In this document: piece by piece, positions 10,301 to 20,067 of the stretch | How the letters are laid out: each line of letters opens with the position of its first letter | Numbering within the stretch: the stretch's first letter is position 1 | Source: a virus | Lineage: Duplodnaviria > Heunggongvirae > Uroviricota > Caudoviricetes | Reading direction: 5' to 3' (one strand) | Length of the DNA: 53,083 nucleotides | IMG/VR virus record: IMGVR_UViG_3300021255_000139 | The notes under the pieces: generated by a model | The model's database searches: none | Told to the model about the DNA's origin: nothing | What the model saw: only the letters and a program-made list of their open reading frames with translations | Position numbers and translations under genes: made by a program

Positions 10301-11430
10301 AGTTCAGAATATCCAACTATAGAAACTGGTATTCTTTCTATATTCGGATTCTGTGATAGATATTTCGCAACAAGATTATTGTATGCAGTGATAGCAGAAG
10401 ATGCGACATTGCATATATATTCTTTATCGTAATAAGTATATAAACTGTCGTACTGCTCTAATTTCGCAACCAGTGACTCTCTCATATCTGCCTTTTGTTC
10501 GTCTGATATATACCAGATATAACCAGTTCCATTAGGATTACAATTACGTATAGTAGCGGTCATCAAGTCATCGCCACCGACCAAATGAAAACAGTTCTTA
10601 ACGCTGTCAGTATCAGTTGCGAAATTTACTTCTTCGGTTAAATTGTCCTTTGTAACAAATATAGTAGTATCATTTCCATAACCTTCAATGATATTTGTAC
10701 TGTTACATTTCGGACATATATCTGTAAATTCCCCACGATGTCCACATGAGGAACAAGTATTTTCTAAGTCATATAATGAAAACCTTCTCGCTGGAATTTT
10801 GCCTAATACACCATCAGGATCATCAATACTTCCATTATCATAAACGACCAAACAATCAATTTCTGTTGCCACTTCATTTAATGCGTCTTGTAATGAAGTA
10901 CCATTAAATTCAAAAGTTCTTTGCAGTCGTGCGATTGTTGTATCTACATGATCAATAGTGTAGTGTGGGGCTTTCTCTTTGATTCGATTTAACAATGAAG
11001 CACTGGCATTTGTAGGATTGTATATAATTGTCGGCACTTCATAATCTTCTCGTGCAATATCATCCTCTGTATTTATTTGAATATCATAGAGCATAATTTG
11101 TCCGAGTTCTGATTGACAAAGTGGGGTGCAATCAATACTTTTTATTGTGTCATTACCATCATCTAAATCTACTGTAATCTGAAACCAAAAATCCCATTCT
11201 TTACACCACACCAGTTTAAAATCAACAATACTATCCCATAACCTTGTTATGTTTTCATTATCTTTCTTTGTAACTTTGAAAGACATTTGCGGATTTTCTG
11301 CAAACGCATCTCCAAGTTGTAAAGAATAGTAATTGTCGATTGTTCCTAACTTATTACCATTTCGATTAGCTAATACAATGGTTGGTGGAACAGGATTATG
11401 ATTAACATCAAACAATATTCTTAATCCCAT
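7306..11430 (-). CDS. Tail tip/hub-fibre protein with C-terminal intramolecular chaperone (peptidase S74-like)
   Basis: Follows the Dit gene. C-terminus SDMNIKNTI..HGFIAQEV..LRYGEFIP plus a coiled coil is the autocleaving chaperone signature. Confidence 0.85.
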   Translation of the reverse strand: MGLRILFDVNHNPVPPTIVLANRNGNKLGTIDNYYSLQLGDAFAENPQMSFKVTKKDNENITRLWDSIVDFKLVWCKEWDFWFQITVDLDDGNDTIKSIDCTPLCQSELGQIMLYDIQINTEDDIAREDYEVPTIIYNPTNASASLLNRIKEKAPHYTIDHVDTTIARLQRTFEFNGTSLQDALNEVATEIDCLVVYDNGSIDDPDGVLGKIPARRFSLYDLENTCSSCGHRGEFTDICPKCNSTNIIEGYGNDTTIFVTKDNLTEEVNFATDTDSVKNCFHLVGGDDLMTATIRNCNPNGTGYIWYISDEQKADMRESLVAKLEQYDSLYTYYDKEYICNVASSAITAYNNLVAKYLSQNPNIERIPVSIVGYSELMNCIYDSIDFDLLLDHSLMPTVQTSETSAQEQANLLTVSNLSPCAVSNYATISATTVDNNMLSIARVLVKATYQVKVKTSSYNSSTSKWTGCFTVTNYSDSEDTATSPTITVTITDNYEQFIKQKLDKSLKNNTTENYDITALFKKTITKSGNTFTGAFVNELKKYGLVSLNTFHECCQSCIDILVEQGVSDLQTWGNSNPNLYEEFYLDYLYKLKAIEAETKVRENELKVISTLNQALEKERQTIQTALNFEKYLGTTLWKEFCSYRRDDEYSNSNYISDGLSNTELFNNAREFLENAQKELYKSATLQHQISATLKNLLVIPEFEKLLDYFEVGNWIRIEVDGVIYKLRLIQYDIDFENLSTLDVTFSDVLKLVDGRSDVESILNRASSMASSYTGVERQADKGNKSYKTLNDWVKEGLDATLTKIILGADHQDMQWDSHGMLFRQYDDITESYLDEQLRIINSTIAITNDNWQTTKTAIGKFYFYDPKDNRLKIAYGVNGELIVGKMIIGETLALYNSAATMTFDEDGLMITNDTNTFRLNPNAEKLFRISNETEDLLYVNDDGDLAVKGDITATTLSAGGKTSSSSQHSGLFIDSSGNLYAGSSNQTQIKANGTFDFGSGKLTYDGSTLTVKGAIVATSLSTGSKTSANANANGIFIDSSGNLYAGSSNQTQIKANGHFSFGGTNGISYSGSKVTLGSNCEIAWDSVTGTGTVITEDTLKTVNLTATNLKVKSANIDGKITASQINTSGLIAENISATTISGKTISGCTITGSSVNATSFTAYGSDASTTCTIGDRMYYAHAETQTATEFARFRELFAIQSGTKIYNYFYIWGDHIGFSQTSNGSWDIYYEGQSTAQITGHVDIDKSLSVSGNIYDKNGDTVTGSDMNIKNTISELDKESCADFLYSLKPSQFKYNEGTSGRFHHGFIAQEVKQSMGESDWGVYVITEETPRNEKYIGLRYGEFIPDIVATLQYQKEQIEALQEEIRKLKATA
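8257..8514. repeat. Perfect 66-bp direct repeat (8257-8322, 8449-8514) inside the tail-tip gene
   Basis: Two identical copies 192 bp apart, each encoding FIDSSGNLYAGSSNQTQIKANG. Confidence 0.95.
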
Positions 11431-11432
11431 TT

Positions 11433-12242
11433 TTAGATACCAACCTTTCTAATAGGAGAGTATGAGAGTACAACACTGCAAGGCATGGAAAATGTCAGTC
11501 CATTTTTCCTTTCTCCAAACTTATTAGATATTCTCAAAAAGGTAAAATTGAAATCGTTCATAATTGTTCTCTGGTGAGTGCCATTGCTTGATTCAATAAT
11601 CATGTCCTTCATGGTTATCTTTTCACCAGCTATACAATTTTTGACTTCTGTAATACGTCCGTCTATATCATTCCTTATCGACAATGTTCCAGATGCTCCG
11701 CAAGTGATAGCGATATCAGCATAAATATATCCGATTTCGTCAGACATATCTTGAATTACTACACGTTGTCCGGCACTGCTTACATTGAATTTTCGCACGT
11801 ATGGTCTACTCAATCCAAAAGGACGGTTTGATGTAAATTCGAGATTGAATCCTATTATATTTCCTGCGACTTCTACCTTAGAAAGATTAAAACTACCCTC
11901 AAAGTAGATATTTTCATATCCTTCATCTACTATGTATAGTGGCAGAAATTCAGGACGATTCAGCCAACGAGTTAATTCTCTTTGTTCTTCAATAGTAAAA
12001 AATTGATTTTCTTTATCCTTCATATTGTCAACATTTTTACAAATAGAAAATTCAGCAGTGAGACAATTATCGTATTGTACACTTGTTAAATAATTTCTCT
12101 TTCCAAAATTTACAGTTGCGGTATTGAAGGATATTTCAGAACCAACAGAAAAATCGTCCGTTCCCGGACTGTCAAAGGTGCAGATTATACACCCAAAGTC
12201 TGATAGAAAAAGTCCATCATAATTAAAATCTAAGGCTTTCAA
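11433..12242 (-). CDS. Distal tail protein (Dit-like)
   Basis: Lies between TMP and tail tip; N-terminus DFNYDG..LSDFG, and FTSNRPFG motif. Confidence 0.75.
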   Translation of the reverse strand: MKALDFNYDGLFLSDFGCIICTFDSPGTDDFSVGSEISFNTATVNFGKRNYLTSVQYDNCLTAEFSICKNVDNMKDKENQFFTIEEQRELTRWLNRPEFLPLYIVDEGYENIYFEGSFNLSKVEVAGNIIGFNLEFTSNRPFGLSRPYVRKFNVSSAGQRVVIQDMSDEIGYIYADIAITCGASGTLSIRNDIDGRITEVKNCIAGEKITMKDMIIESSNGTHQRTIMNDFNFTFLRISNKFGERKNGLTFSMPCSVVLSYSPIRKVGI

Positions 12243-12264
12243 TACCTACACCTCCATGTATTTT

Positions 12265-12555
12265 TTAAACTTTTGTTTTCAGTAAACTCTTTTTCAAAAC
12301 CAAACATTCCTTATAGAGTTCTGTATATTTCTCATGTGACTCTCGTGCGATTGCTATAGATTCTTCGTAAGTTACTTTCAGTTCTTCAATAGCACGTTTC
12401 GCCAACTCTGTTTTTTCTGCCATAAGTTTTATGTCAGAGTGCAGTTGCTCGTTTTCTGCCACAAGTCTTTTGTTCCGTTCTACAAGAGAAGCATTTTCAG
12501 CTTTCAGCCTGACTTTTTCCTCTTGTAAGGCTTCTAACTTTCTAAATGTACTCAT
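12265..12555 (-). CDS. Small coiled-coil protein
   Basis: 96 aa with heptad pattern, GAGG RBS. Confidence 0.7.
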   Translation of the reverse strand: MSTFRKLEALQEEKVRLKAENASLVERNKRLVAENEQLHSDIKLMAEKTELAKRAIEELKVTYEESIAIARESHEKYTELYKECLVLKKSLLKTKV

Positions 12556-12570
12556 TGTGTACCTCTTTAT

Positions 12571-12605
12571 AAAAATCCCCCGGACTGATTGCTCAATCCG
12601 AGGGT
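12571..12605 (-). terminator. Intrinsic terminator after TMP
   Basis: CCCTCGGATTG..CAGTCCGGGGG hairpin followed by ATTTTT. Confidence 0.6.
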
Positions 12606-12611
12606 GTAAGT

Positions 12612-15600
12612 TTAAAAGTTAAATCTGTTTTTACGACTCTTGTTTTTGCCGAGAATCGGGTCAACAGTAATTGCACACCAGAATTTTTCAAGTTCTTTAT
12701 CTTTCTGCATAGCAGCTTTGAACTCGTCATAATTCTTGACATTAGGCAATGAAATGGAGATTTCATTATCGCCCATATTGACTGTTGTGCCACCGAGGGA
12801 TTCTCCGACTGTACCATGCCAAGCACCACCATTGATATAATCATCTGGGTTATTTGCCATCTTGAACAAGTTCTTTGTTGCTTCGGCATCAAGAACACTA
12901 TCGCCTTTGCTAATATGAGTAATAATAGCTTTGTTGGACGGGCTAAGTATCGTTTCAAGACCTTTTTCGTTTACCCAAGCACTTTCATCATATCTCGCTT
13001 TTCTCAAACCAGAAGCATAGCCTTTGAATTTCTTACGCATATCTGTATAAGAATAACCTGACGGACTATACTTTGATGAATAACTATAGCCTTTATTCAC
13101 TATAGCTTGAATACCGTTACCTGAACCAAAGACTTCATTCAGCCTTTGTTTACGTGTCGGATCAACACTCCAACCATAATTACCATTCCAAATAGCAGCA
13201 GCTACGTGCATTTTGACATCATTTGTTAATGTTGCCTTTTTCTTCGTAGTCGTACTTTTCTTAGCTGTTTTTTTTGTTGTGGTTGTAGTTTTCTTTTTAG
13301 TCGTTGTACCTTTTTTAGCTGTTTTCTTTGTGGTGGTCGTAGTAGCTTTCTTTGCTTCTTTTTTTGTATCTTTTTTAGTGGCTGCCTTGTCTTGTGCTTT
13401 AGCTTCTGCTTCCTTCTTTGCATCTGCTTCGGCTTGACGTTCGGCTGCTGCCGCTGCTGCTTCGGCTGCTGCTGCCTGTTGCATAGCCGTTACTATGTTA
13501 TGAATATTACTTAATGCAGAATTTGTAGAAGTCCAACGTGTTTTGAAATCGTCACCGTACATTGTAATGACACCTTTGTATTCGGCTTGATTTGCAACAT
13601 ACTTATTCCAGATTTCATCCATTGCTCCAGACAATGTATATCCAACATCATCAGCAGTTTTAGAAAGTGTACTACTAATATCGCCAGCATTGGTATTAAC
13701 CTGTGCAATCATATCACGTACAAGAGCATCAAGATCATCAAGACGAGTATTTAAAACAGTTTCATACTCGTTTGCCAGATCATCAAGCATTTTCTTTTGT
13801 TCAGAAATAAGACGATCTGTTTCTGTTTCTTCCAAATCTTCTTGTGCGTTTTCAAGTTCGACTTTGATCCTCTGAATTTGTGCCTTTGTTTCTTCTGACA
13901 CATCACCAGAATACGCACCAAGCTGTTTTTGCAATGTCGCAATATTCTTTGTTTGTTCTTCAACTTTTTTCTGATAATCATAAAGGTCTTTTTGAGAATC
14001 AAGACTATCTTTATAATTACTAATTAACTCTTTAAGAGCCTTAATTTCTGTATCAATACCTTCTTTAACGAGGTTTTTGATCGCAACTTTTTCATCTTCT
14101 GCAGCAAGAATAGATTTCTGCTGTGCATCAATCAGTTCTTCTTTTCTTCTTACAAGTTCTGTATCTGCCGGGTCTTTCGCAATCTGTTTGTTGATTTTCT
14201 TGATTTGTTTTGCATAATCATCGGCTTGTTTCATGTAAACATTGTAATTTACACCATGCAAACCCATTTCTGACATTCCGGCATTTGTAAGTTGTCCATT
14301 CTTTTCAAAATGCTTATCATTCTCAAGCAACTTTATCAAGAAATCTGCTTCAGACGTAACACGAGATATTCTATCTTCAAGATAATCAAAATTATCCCAT
14401 CTTACTTGACGAATCTCGTTATTTAATCTTGCTACTTCTAATTGAGATTTTTGTAAGGATTCAGTAACACCGTTAATGGCAGTTTGCATATCATAATATG
14501 CTTGCGAACCTTTTTTAATCTCTCCACTGGCAAGAGCGTTATATAGTGCAGCTTGAAGTTTTTCACGCTCTTCGGTCATGGTTTTAATATTCTTCTGTTC
14601 GAGTGATTTCAAATCGGAGTAATATTTTGTTGCACCAAGCCGACCTTTTTCTTCTGCCAAGTCAAGAGCATTATTGATCTCATTAGATGTATGTTCTAAA
14701 AGTTGAAGTTTTGATTCATATTGGTCAGACCAAGAATCAAAAATATTTTTATATTGTTCAGAAATAGAATTAGAATAATCAATGATATTCCCATTTAATG
14801 TATCAATTTCATTTTCTACTTCTTGAATTTCTTTCAGCATATCATAGTATGCTTCTGAACCCTTTTTAATCTTACCAGACTTTACCTTACTATTAAGGTC
14901 TTTATTTAGTGCGGCAAGTTCAGACTGTCGCTTTGTACGCTGACTTACGGCATTATTTACAAGGCTTCGATAGTCCTTGATATTTGCCGTTGCTGCACTT
15001 CGAGTTTCTCCATATCCTACATAGTCGCTTGCATAAGCAGTCCTATTGTCAATACGTGATTGTACTCGTTCAGCAGTATGTTGTAGATTTTGAAGGGCTT
15101 TCTCCCATTTAGTAATAATTAACTCAAATTGTTGTTTATAAAGATCAGATAAAGACTCGTTAAGTTCATCTATTGCATCTTTGCAATCTAACGAAGCATC
15201 CCAGAATTTCTTCGCTTCACTAATAGCTTTTTGTGTATCTTCATCATATTTTTTAATGTTGATACTTCCATCTTTAATCTTTTTAACAATATTAGATGAT
15301 AAACCATTTTCTTTTACGACAGCATTAAATTCTTTTCGATATCTTTTTTGAGCCTTTTGTTGCAGTTTAATTTCTGATGTTACACTTTTTATTTCTTTGG
15401 CAAGATTTTTGTTTCTACTACTAAAAGAGCGATAAACACTATCTGCAAGAGTTTTTAAGTGCTTAACTGCACGTTCCGCACGATCAAGTGCAACGGCAAT
15501 CCAATCTATTCTTTCTGGGTCTTTCTTTTTATCGTCAGAGGAAGAATTATTGTTTCCACCTCCACCACCAGAGCCAGAACCGCCGCCAGAACCGCCACCA

Positions 15601-18600
15601 GATGATCCTCCACCACCAGAGCCAGAACCACCGCCAGAACTATTTCTTCTTCGCCCACCAGAACCAGAATCAAATGCAGTACCGCTGACAAGAGCAGTTC
15701 CACGTCTATTCCCGGTTGTGATTTTCCCTTTTTCAAATATCTGCTTCGTCTGTTCGGCGTTAAAGATTATATCATCTTTTTTATACTTGAAAAATTCTGC
15801 TGCATCATCTCCAATAGTGAAGAACTTACCATCTCGAACAATTAGTTCTTGACCTAATTCTCCACCAAGGGCAACTCCACCAGTTTTTGTTCCCCAATCT
15901 CCATGAGCATACGCACGACCAACATGAGCAGTTCCCCTCGAATGAGCAGTGCCAGCAGCACCACCACCGCCACTTGGAGGACTTCCAACAGTTTTAATTG
16001 TATATGTAACTGTCCTACTTATATTATTATAAGTAGGCTCTGCAGGAGCATACAAATGATATGTTACATTAGGGTTTTGATCTGGATATTTTGGTGCTTC
16101 TGGAGCATCAATGCTATAAGTTACTTTCGGGTTTTGATCTTCGTAAGTCGGTGCTTCAGGAGAGTCTACGGAATACGTTACGGTTACTGTTTGCGAAGTG
16201 TCCGTCAGTGCTTCAAATTGTGAAGAATCCAAAGTTACAGTAACAGTAGTTTCTTCTGTTGCGCCGTTCAATGCTTCAAGTTGCTGCCTTGCAGAATCTA
16301 CTTGTGAATCATCAATATTCAGAGTAGCAGCAAGAGTCTTATTGTCCATTGACATAAGTTCATCAATAGATGAACCATTTTCAATAGCAACTTGAATAGA
16401 CTTTGTAACCTTTTGACCGTTAAGACTATTTATCGTGCGATCAAGTGTTTCAAGAGTTTGCTTCGTTTCTTCTGATCCATCAGAATTAACTTCTATTTCT
16501 GCTTTCTGTTCATTCAGTTGTTCGATAAGATTATCAATATCTTCCAAAGAAGCAGTAGCAGTATCTATGTCTAAATCAATTTCTGGTGAAATTTTACCTT
16601 GTGATTGCAAATCTCCAAGGGCTTCTTTCATGGTTTCAAATTCGGAACTACTCATTTCAACAGCCATGCCAGCGTCAATCATTGCACGTTCCATTAACTG
16701 TATAAATTCAGTTGTAGTACCAAATTCTTCCGCTACTTGTTGAAGTTTTTCGCCCGTAAAATCGAATGCATATTGTCCGTTCTCGTCAATGGTTGCGAAA
16801 CTGTCACCCATTTTCGCATTAACATCGTCCAAGAAATTAAACAGACCGTCAGATACAAGGTTTCCGTCCTCAAAGGTAAAGTAATCTTTAAGGCTATGTC
16901 CAGTACCCTCTATCGTTTGACCAAGTTTCTCAAAATCGGCAACAGCATCACCAGTTCTTTGAGAAGCACTAAGCATTAAGTCAAGATATCCGTTCAGTGA
17001 TTCATCACCGTACCAACCTTGATCCAATACTTTTTGCATTTCTTCGTAACCTTTGGCTACACTCTCGAAAGAGTCTCTTTCATTTCCAGCACTTTGTGCT
17101 TGCTGCCATTTATTATAAGCAGAAGTCAGTCCATCAAATTCAGCAATCAGCAGTTCAACATTAGAGATATCATCCAAAATAGAACTAACTGGTCGCAGAC
17201 CTTCTGATGCAAGTTGTGCATCAATTTCAGCCTGTGAAAGCCCCTCTGTTGCAGATTTTAGTTCTTCTGCACGTTGTCGGCTTGTCTCATATTCGCTTGA
17301 CAGATTTGATAACTCATTTGCGAAACTCTGTTTCTTTAAGTTCTCATACTGTGTCTGTAATGACTTTAAGGCTTCTTCGTTTAAGTGAACACCGTTAGCG
17401 GTGCGTTCAAACAGTTTGTCAGCGTTAAATCCTTCCAGACCACCGTACATCTTCTTAATGTTATCAATAGCACCAGAAGATAAGCCTTTACCTGAGTATG
17501 ATTCTTGAAGTGCGCTATACAGATTTCCAAAATCTGAAACTTCCGCATCAATATTAAATGTAAAACCTTTTGAAGCGGTATCGTAAATTGAAAGCATATT
17601 TTCACGGAGACGAACAAGTGCTTGTCCGGCATCGGTCTTTTCGCCACCAACTTTTGCAATAGCTTCATCAAACAGATTCATCATACCTGTTGATTTAGAC
17701 GTTACATCATACAAGTCTCCTTGTACAACACCTAAATCAATCAGTTGGTTACAGAATGCTTCAACACTCGATTGATTTGAAGAATCAACAACACCATATG
17801 CTTCTGCTGCATTCTTCAATACAGTCATTGCTTCTGAATACTGATTTGTCGCTCCGTCAAGGAACGTTTTCATAAAATCTGCTCTTGTAATACCACTAAG
17901 GTCTTTTATAGCATTTTGCACTGATTCATCTGAATCCATGACCTTTTCTTTGAAATCTGCGAACTTAGTTCCAGCATCATCCAAAGAACCAATTACATTT
18001 TGCATTGCATTTTGAAGTCCAACTCCAAAATTACTCATATCATAGTCATTGAGTTCAGCAAACTGTGTTTGAAGTTCGACCATTGCATCGACCCCAAGTT
18101 CACCCTTACCCCATGAATCATAAGCATTTTTCAGCGTATCAAGCTGTTCTTTATATGAAGATAATCGCTTTGTAAAACCGTTATCTGAATCATCTTTTAA
18201 AACAAAATCAAGGTCGGAGAGTGTACCGCTTAATCCTTCAAGAGCAGTTTCCGTTTCCGTGACTGCATCTTGCGCAAGGACTCCAGCATCTCCAAGGAAA
18301 TCAACGAAACTTTCAATCTCGCCTTGACTTGCATCCATAGAAATGTAGCCCATTTCTTGTGCAGCAGAAACAAGGTCTTTAACCGCACTCGTGCCTTGAT
18401 TAAGGTTATCAGGATCAAAGAAGTAATTATCTAAGAACTCACCCTTAGTCATTCCGAGGTCTTTCAGTTCATTAGATAAAGAACGGATAGATTGTGCAGT
18501 TGCATCCGTAGAATCGCCAGATAATGCTTCTTTAAATTCTATGGCGTGTTCAGTTGCACTATCTAAACTCGACTCGATTTCTGTAACATTGTCGGTATAC

Positions 18601-20042
18601 TGTGCAAATCCTTCATCAGACTCTAACATACCATGAATTTCATCATGCATATTCTGGTATGTTTCTCTTGCTGCTACAATTTCAGATTCTTTACCGCCAA
18701 GCATTGCTTTATTATAGGCTTCAATAGCTTCGGCATAATCTGACAAACGTTTAGCGGCAGTTTCCTTATTCCCGGCACTATCTTCATAAAATGTTTCATC
18801 TGCCATCAATTTAGCTTCTTTTGCAGCTTCATAGATTGCAGAATATTTATCTATGATTTCATCGGCTTCGGAAAGAACTGTTCCAGCACCTTCAAACATA
18901 GATTCAAGCCCCGGAAGTTCACCAAGTTCATCTTCGGCAGTCCGCACATCAGTCATGAAATCGTTTAAGACTTCTTGCGCCTGTGTTGGATCACCGACAA
19001 ACCGCAACCGAATCGTACCATCGCCCATATCATCTATTTTAATGTTATCGGCGTATTTCTTAGCAATCTCCTTTAATGTTTCATTGCTTTGATAATCATA
19101 AGAAACACCAAGAGATTTACCAGCTTCTACAAACCAGTTCCCATCGCCACCCATAGTTTCAGTCATTTTCTTTTCAGCTTCTGCTATGGCATCACGATTT
19201 TCGTTTAGATATCTATTCGCATCAGCTTTTGTAAGCTGATTTACAAGTCCGATTTGAGTTTCGAGTTTACCATTGACAAGATCAAGTCCAGCGGCTTCTT
19301 CTCCATAAGTTGAATATAATTCACTCTGGATTTCAGCTAATCGCTGTTTGGCTTCATAAGCCTCCATTTCTGAAAGAGTACCTTCAGCGAGTTTTGTTTT
19401 AAGATTCTCAATTTCTGTAACATAGTCTTGGAGACTCTTTTGACTATCCTGAAATGTTGAAGCACCTTCTTCGGATGCTTGACGGGCTTCTTCGACTGAC
19501 TTTTGATGTGCTTGGACAGCCCTTGTAACGCCGAATATTGCTGCTCCGGCAAGAATCGCCCAACCAATAGGGTTAGTCAGTAAGAATGCCATGACAGCTT
19601 GCGTTGCAGCGACTACAGATGCAGTTAAAGCAGCAAATCCACCAGTTGCACCAGTAGCAGCAGCACCAGCAGCGACAGTCGCAGCAGCTTCGGCAGCTTC
19701 TGCTTCTGTTAATCCCATAGCTGCAAATACTGCGGTCATTTGTGCTTCGCTTAAACCAGTCATACCAAGAACTGCAGCAGCAGATTCAGTGGATAGACCT
19801 TGCAAAGCAGCGGCAACAGCTTGAATACCAGCACTGCCAGTACCCATTGTATTTAATATTGTACTTACTTCTTTTAAAGCAGTCATTCCTTGCGCAGTTT
19901 CGCCCATTGTCTTAAAGACTTGGACGATACTTGCTAACTGAGTCATATTCCCAAAGGAATTTCCACCCATTAGAGTAAGCATTTCTTTAAACTGTGCTAA
20001 TCCACCAATATCACGAATTACGTTTCCTATATTTTTTAGTGA
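12612..20042 (-). CDS. Tape measure protein, exon 3
   Basis: Long helical TMP-like sequence (FLLTNPIGWAIL motif). The track start TTG at 20045 has no RBS. The exon start TCACT.. is complementary to the intron 2 guide. Confidence 0.85.
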   Translation of the reverse strand, partial: SLKNIGNVIRDIGGLAQFKEMLTLMGGNSFGNMTQLASIVQVFKTMGETAQGMTALKEVSTILNTMGTGSAGIQAVAAALQGLSTESAAAVLGMTGLSEAQMTAVFAAMGLTEAEAAEAAATVAAGAAATGATGGFAALTASVVAATQAVMAFLLTNPIGWAILAGAAIFGVTRAVQAHQKSVEEARQASEEGASTFQDSQKSLQDYVTEIENLKTKLAEGTLSEMEAYEAKQRLAEIQSELYSTYGEEAAGLDLVNGKLETQIGLVNQLTKADANRYLNENRDAIAEAEKKMTETMGGDGNWFVEAGKSLGVSYDYQSNETLKEIAKKYADNIKIDDMGDGTIRLRFVGDPTQAQEVLNDFMTDVRTAEDELGELPGLESMFEGAGTVLSEADEIIDKYSAIYEAAKEAKLMADETFYEDSAGNKETAAKRLSDYAEAIEAYNKAMLGGKESEIVAARETYQNMHDEIHGMLESDEGFAQYTDNVTEIESSLDSATEHAIEFKEALSGDSTDATAQSIRSLSNELKDLGMTKGEFLDNYFFDPDNLNQGTSAVKDLVSAAQEMGYISMDASQGEIESFVDFLGDAGVLAQDAVTETETALEGLSGTLSDLDFVLKDDSDNGFTKRLSSYKEQLDTLKNAYDSWGKGELGVDAMVELQTQFAELNDYDMSNFGVGLQNAMQNVIGSLDDAGTKFADFKEKVMDSDESVQNAIKDLSGITRADFMKTFLDGATNQYSEAMTVLKNAAEAYGVVDSSNQSSVEAFCNQLIDLGVVQGDLYDVTSKSTGMMNLFDEAIAKVGGEKTDAGQALVRLRENMLSIYDTASKGFTFNIDAEVSDFGNLYSALQESYSGKGLSSGAIDNIKKMYGGLEGFNADKLFERTANGVHLNEEALKSLQTQYENLKKQSFANELSNLSSEYETSRQRAEELKSATEGLSQAEIDAQLASEGLRPVSSILDDISNVELLIAEFDGLTSAYNKWQQAQSAGNERDSFESVAKGYEEMQKVLDQGWYGDESLNGYLDLMLSASQRTGDAVADFEKLGQTIEGTGHSLKDYFTFEDGNLVSDGLFNFLDDVNAKMGDSFATIDENGQYAFDFTGEKLQQVAEEFGTTTEFIQLMERAMIDAGMAVEMSSSEFETMKEALGDLQSQGKISPEIDLDIDTATASLEDIDNLIEQLNEQKAEIEVNSDGSEETKQTLETLDRTINSLNGQKVTKSIQVAIENGSSIDELMSMDNKTLAATLNIDDSQVDSARQQLEALNGATEETTVTVTLDSSQFEALTDTSQTVTVTYSVDSPEAPTYEDQNPKVTYSIDAPEAPKYPDQNPNVTYHLYAPAEPTYNNISRTVTYTIKTVGSPPSGGGGAAGTAHSRGTAHVGRAYAHGDWGTKTGGVALGGELGQELIVRDGKFFTIGDDAAEFFKYKKDDIIFNAEQTKQIFEKGKITTGNRRGTALVSGTAFDSGSGGRRRNSSGGGSGSGGGGSSGGGSGGGSGSGGGGGNNNSSSDDKKKDPERIDWIAVALDRAERAVKHLKTLADSVYRSFSSRNKNLAKEIKSVTSEIKLQQKAQKRYRKEFNAVVKENGLSSNIVKKIKDGSINIKKYDEDTQKAISEAKKFWDASLDCKDAIDELNESLSDLYKQQFELIITKWEKALQNLQHTAERVQSRIDNRTAYASDYVGYGETRSAATANIKDYRSLVNNAVSQRTKRQSELAALNKDLNSKVKSGKIKKGSEAYYDMLKEIQEVENEIDTLNGNIIDYSNSISEQYKNIFDSWSDQYESKLQLLEHTSNEINNALDLAEEKGRLGATKYYSDLKSLEQKNIKTMTEEREKLQAALYNALASGEIKKGSQAYYDMQTAINGVTESLQKSQLEVARLNNEIRQVRWDNFDYLEDRISRVTSEADFLIKLLENDKHFEKNGQLTNAGMSEMGLHGVNYNVYMKQADDYAKQIKKINKQIAKDPADTELVRRKEELIDAQQKSILAAEDEKVAIKNLVKEGIDTEIKALKELISNYKDSLDSQKDLYDYQKKVEEQTKNIATLQKQLGAYSGDVSEETKAQIQRIKVELENAQEDLEETETDRLISEQKKMLDDLANEYETVLNTRLDDLDALVRDMIAQVNTNAGDISSTLSKTADDVGYTLSGAMDEIWNKYVANQAEYKGVITMYGDDFKTRWTSTNSALSNIHNIVTAMQQAAAAEAAAAAAERQAEADAKKEAEAKAQDKAATKKDTKKEAKKATTTTTKKTAKKGTTTKKKTTTTTKKTAKKSTTTKKKATLTNDVKMHVAAAIWNGNYGWSVDPTRKQRLNEVFGSGNGIQAIVNKGYSYSSKYSPSGYSYTDMRKKFKGYASGLRKARYDESAWVNEKGLETILSPSNKAIITHISKGDSVLDAEATKNLFKMANNPDDYINGGAWHGTVGESLGGTTVNMGDNEISISLPNVKNYDEFKAAMQKDKELEKFWCAITVDPILGKNKSRKNRFNF

Positions 20043-20067
20043 CAAATAAATAAATATATGATATAAT
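20039..20067 (+). promoter_or_regulatory. Sigma-A promoter of the intron 2 antisense gene
   Basis: GTGACA (20039-44), 17 bp spacer, TATAAT (20062-67) with extended TG; the -35 box straddles the predicted 3' splice site. Confidence 0.7.

Noticed and set aside
1..11430. Diversity-generating retroelement acting on tail genes
   Set aside because: No reverse transcriptase in the window, and the only repeat pair found is identical rather than adenine-variable
13213..19824. Many short overlapping ORFs, including Pro-rich 15550-15852 and Val/Phe-rich 13213-13437
   Set aside because: Antisense or alternate-frame shadows of low-complexity TMP segments
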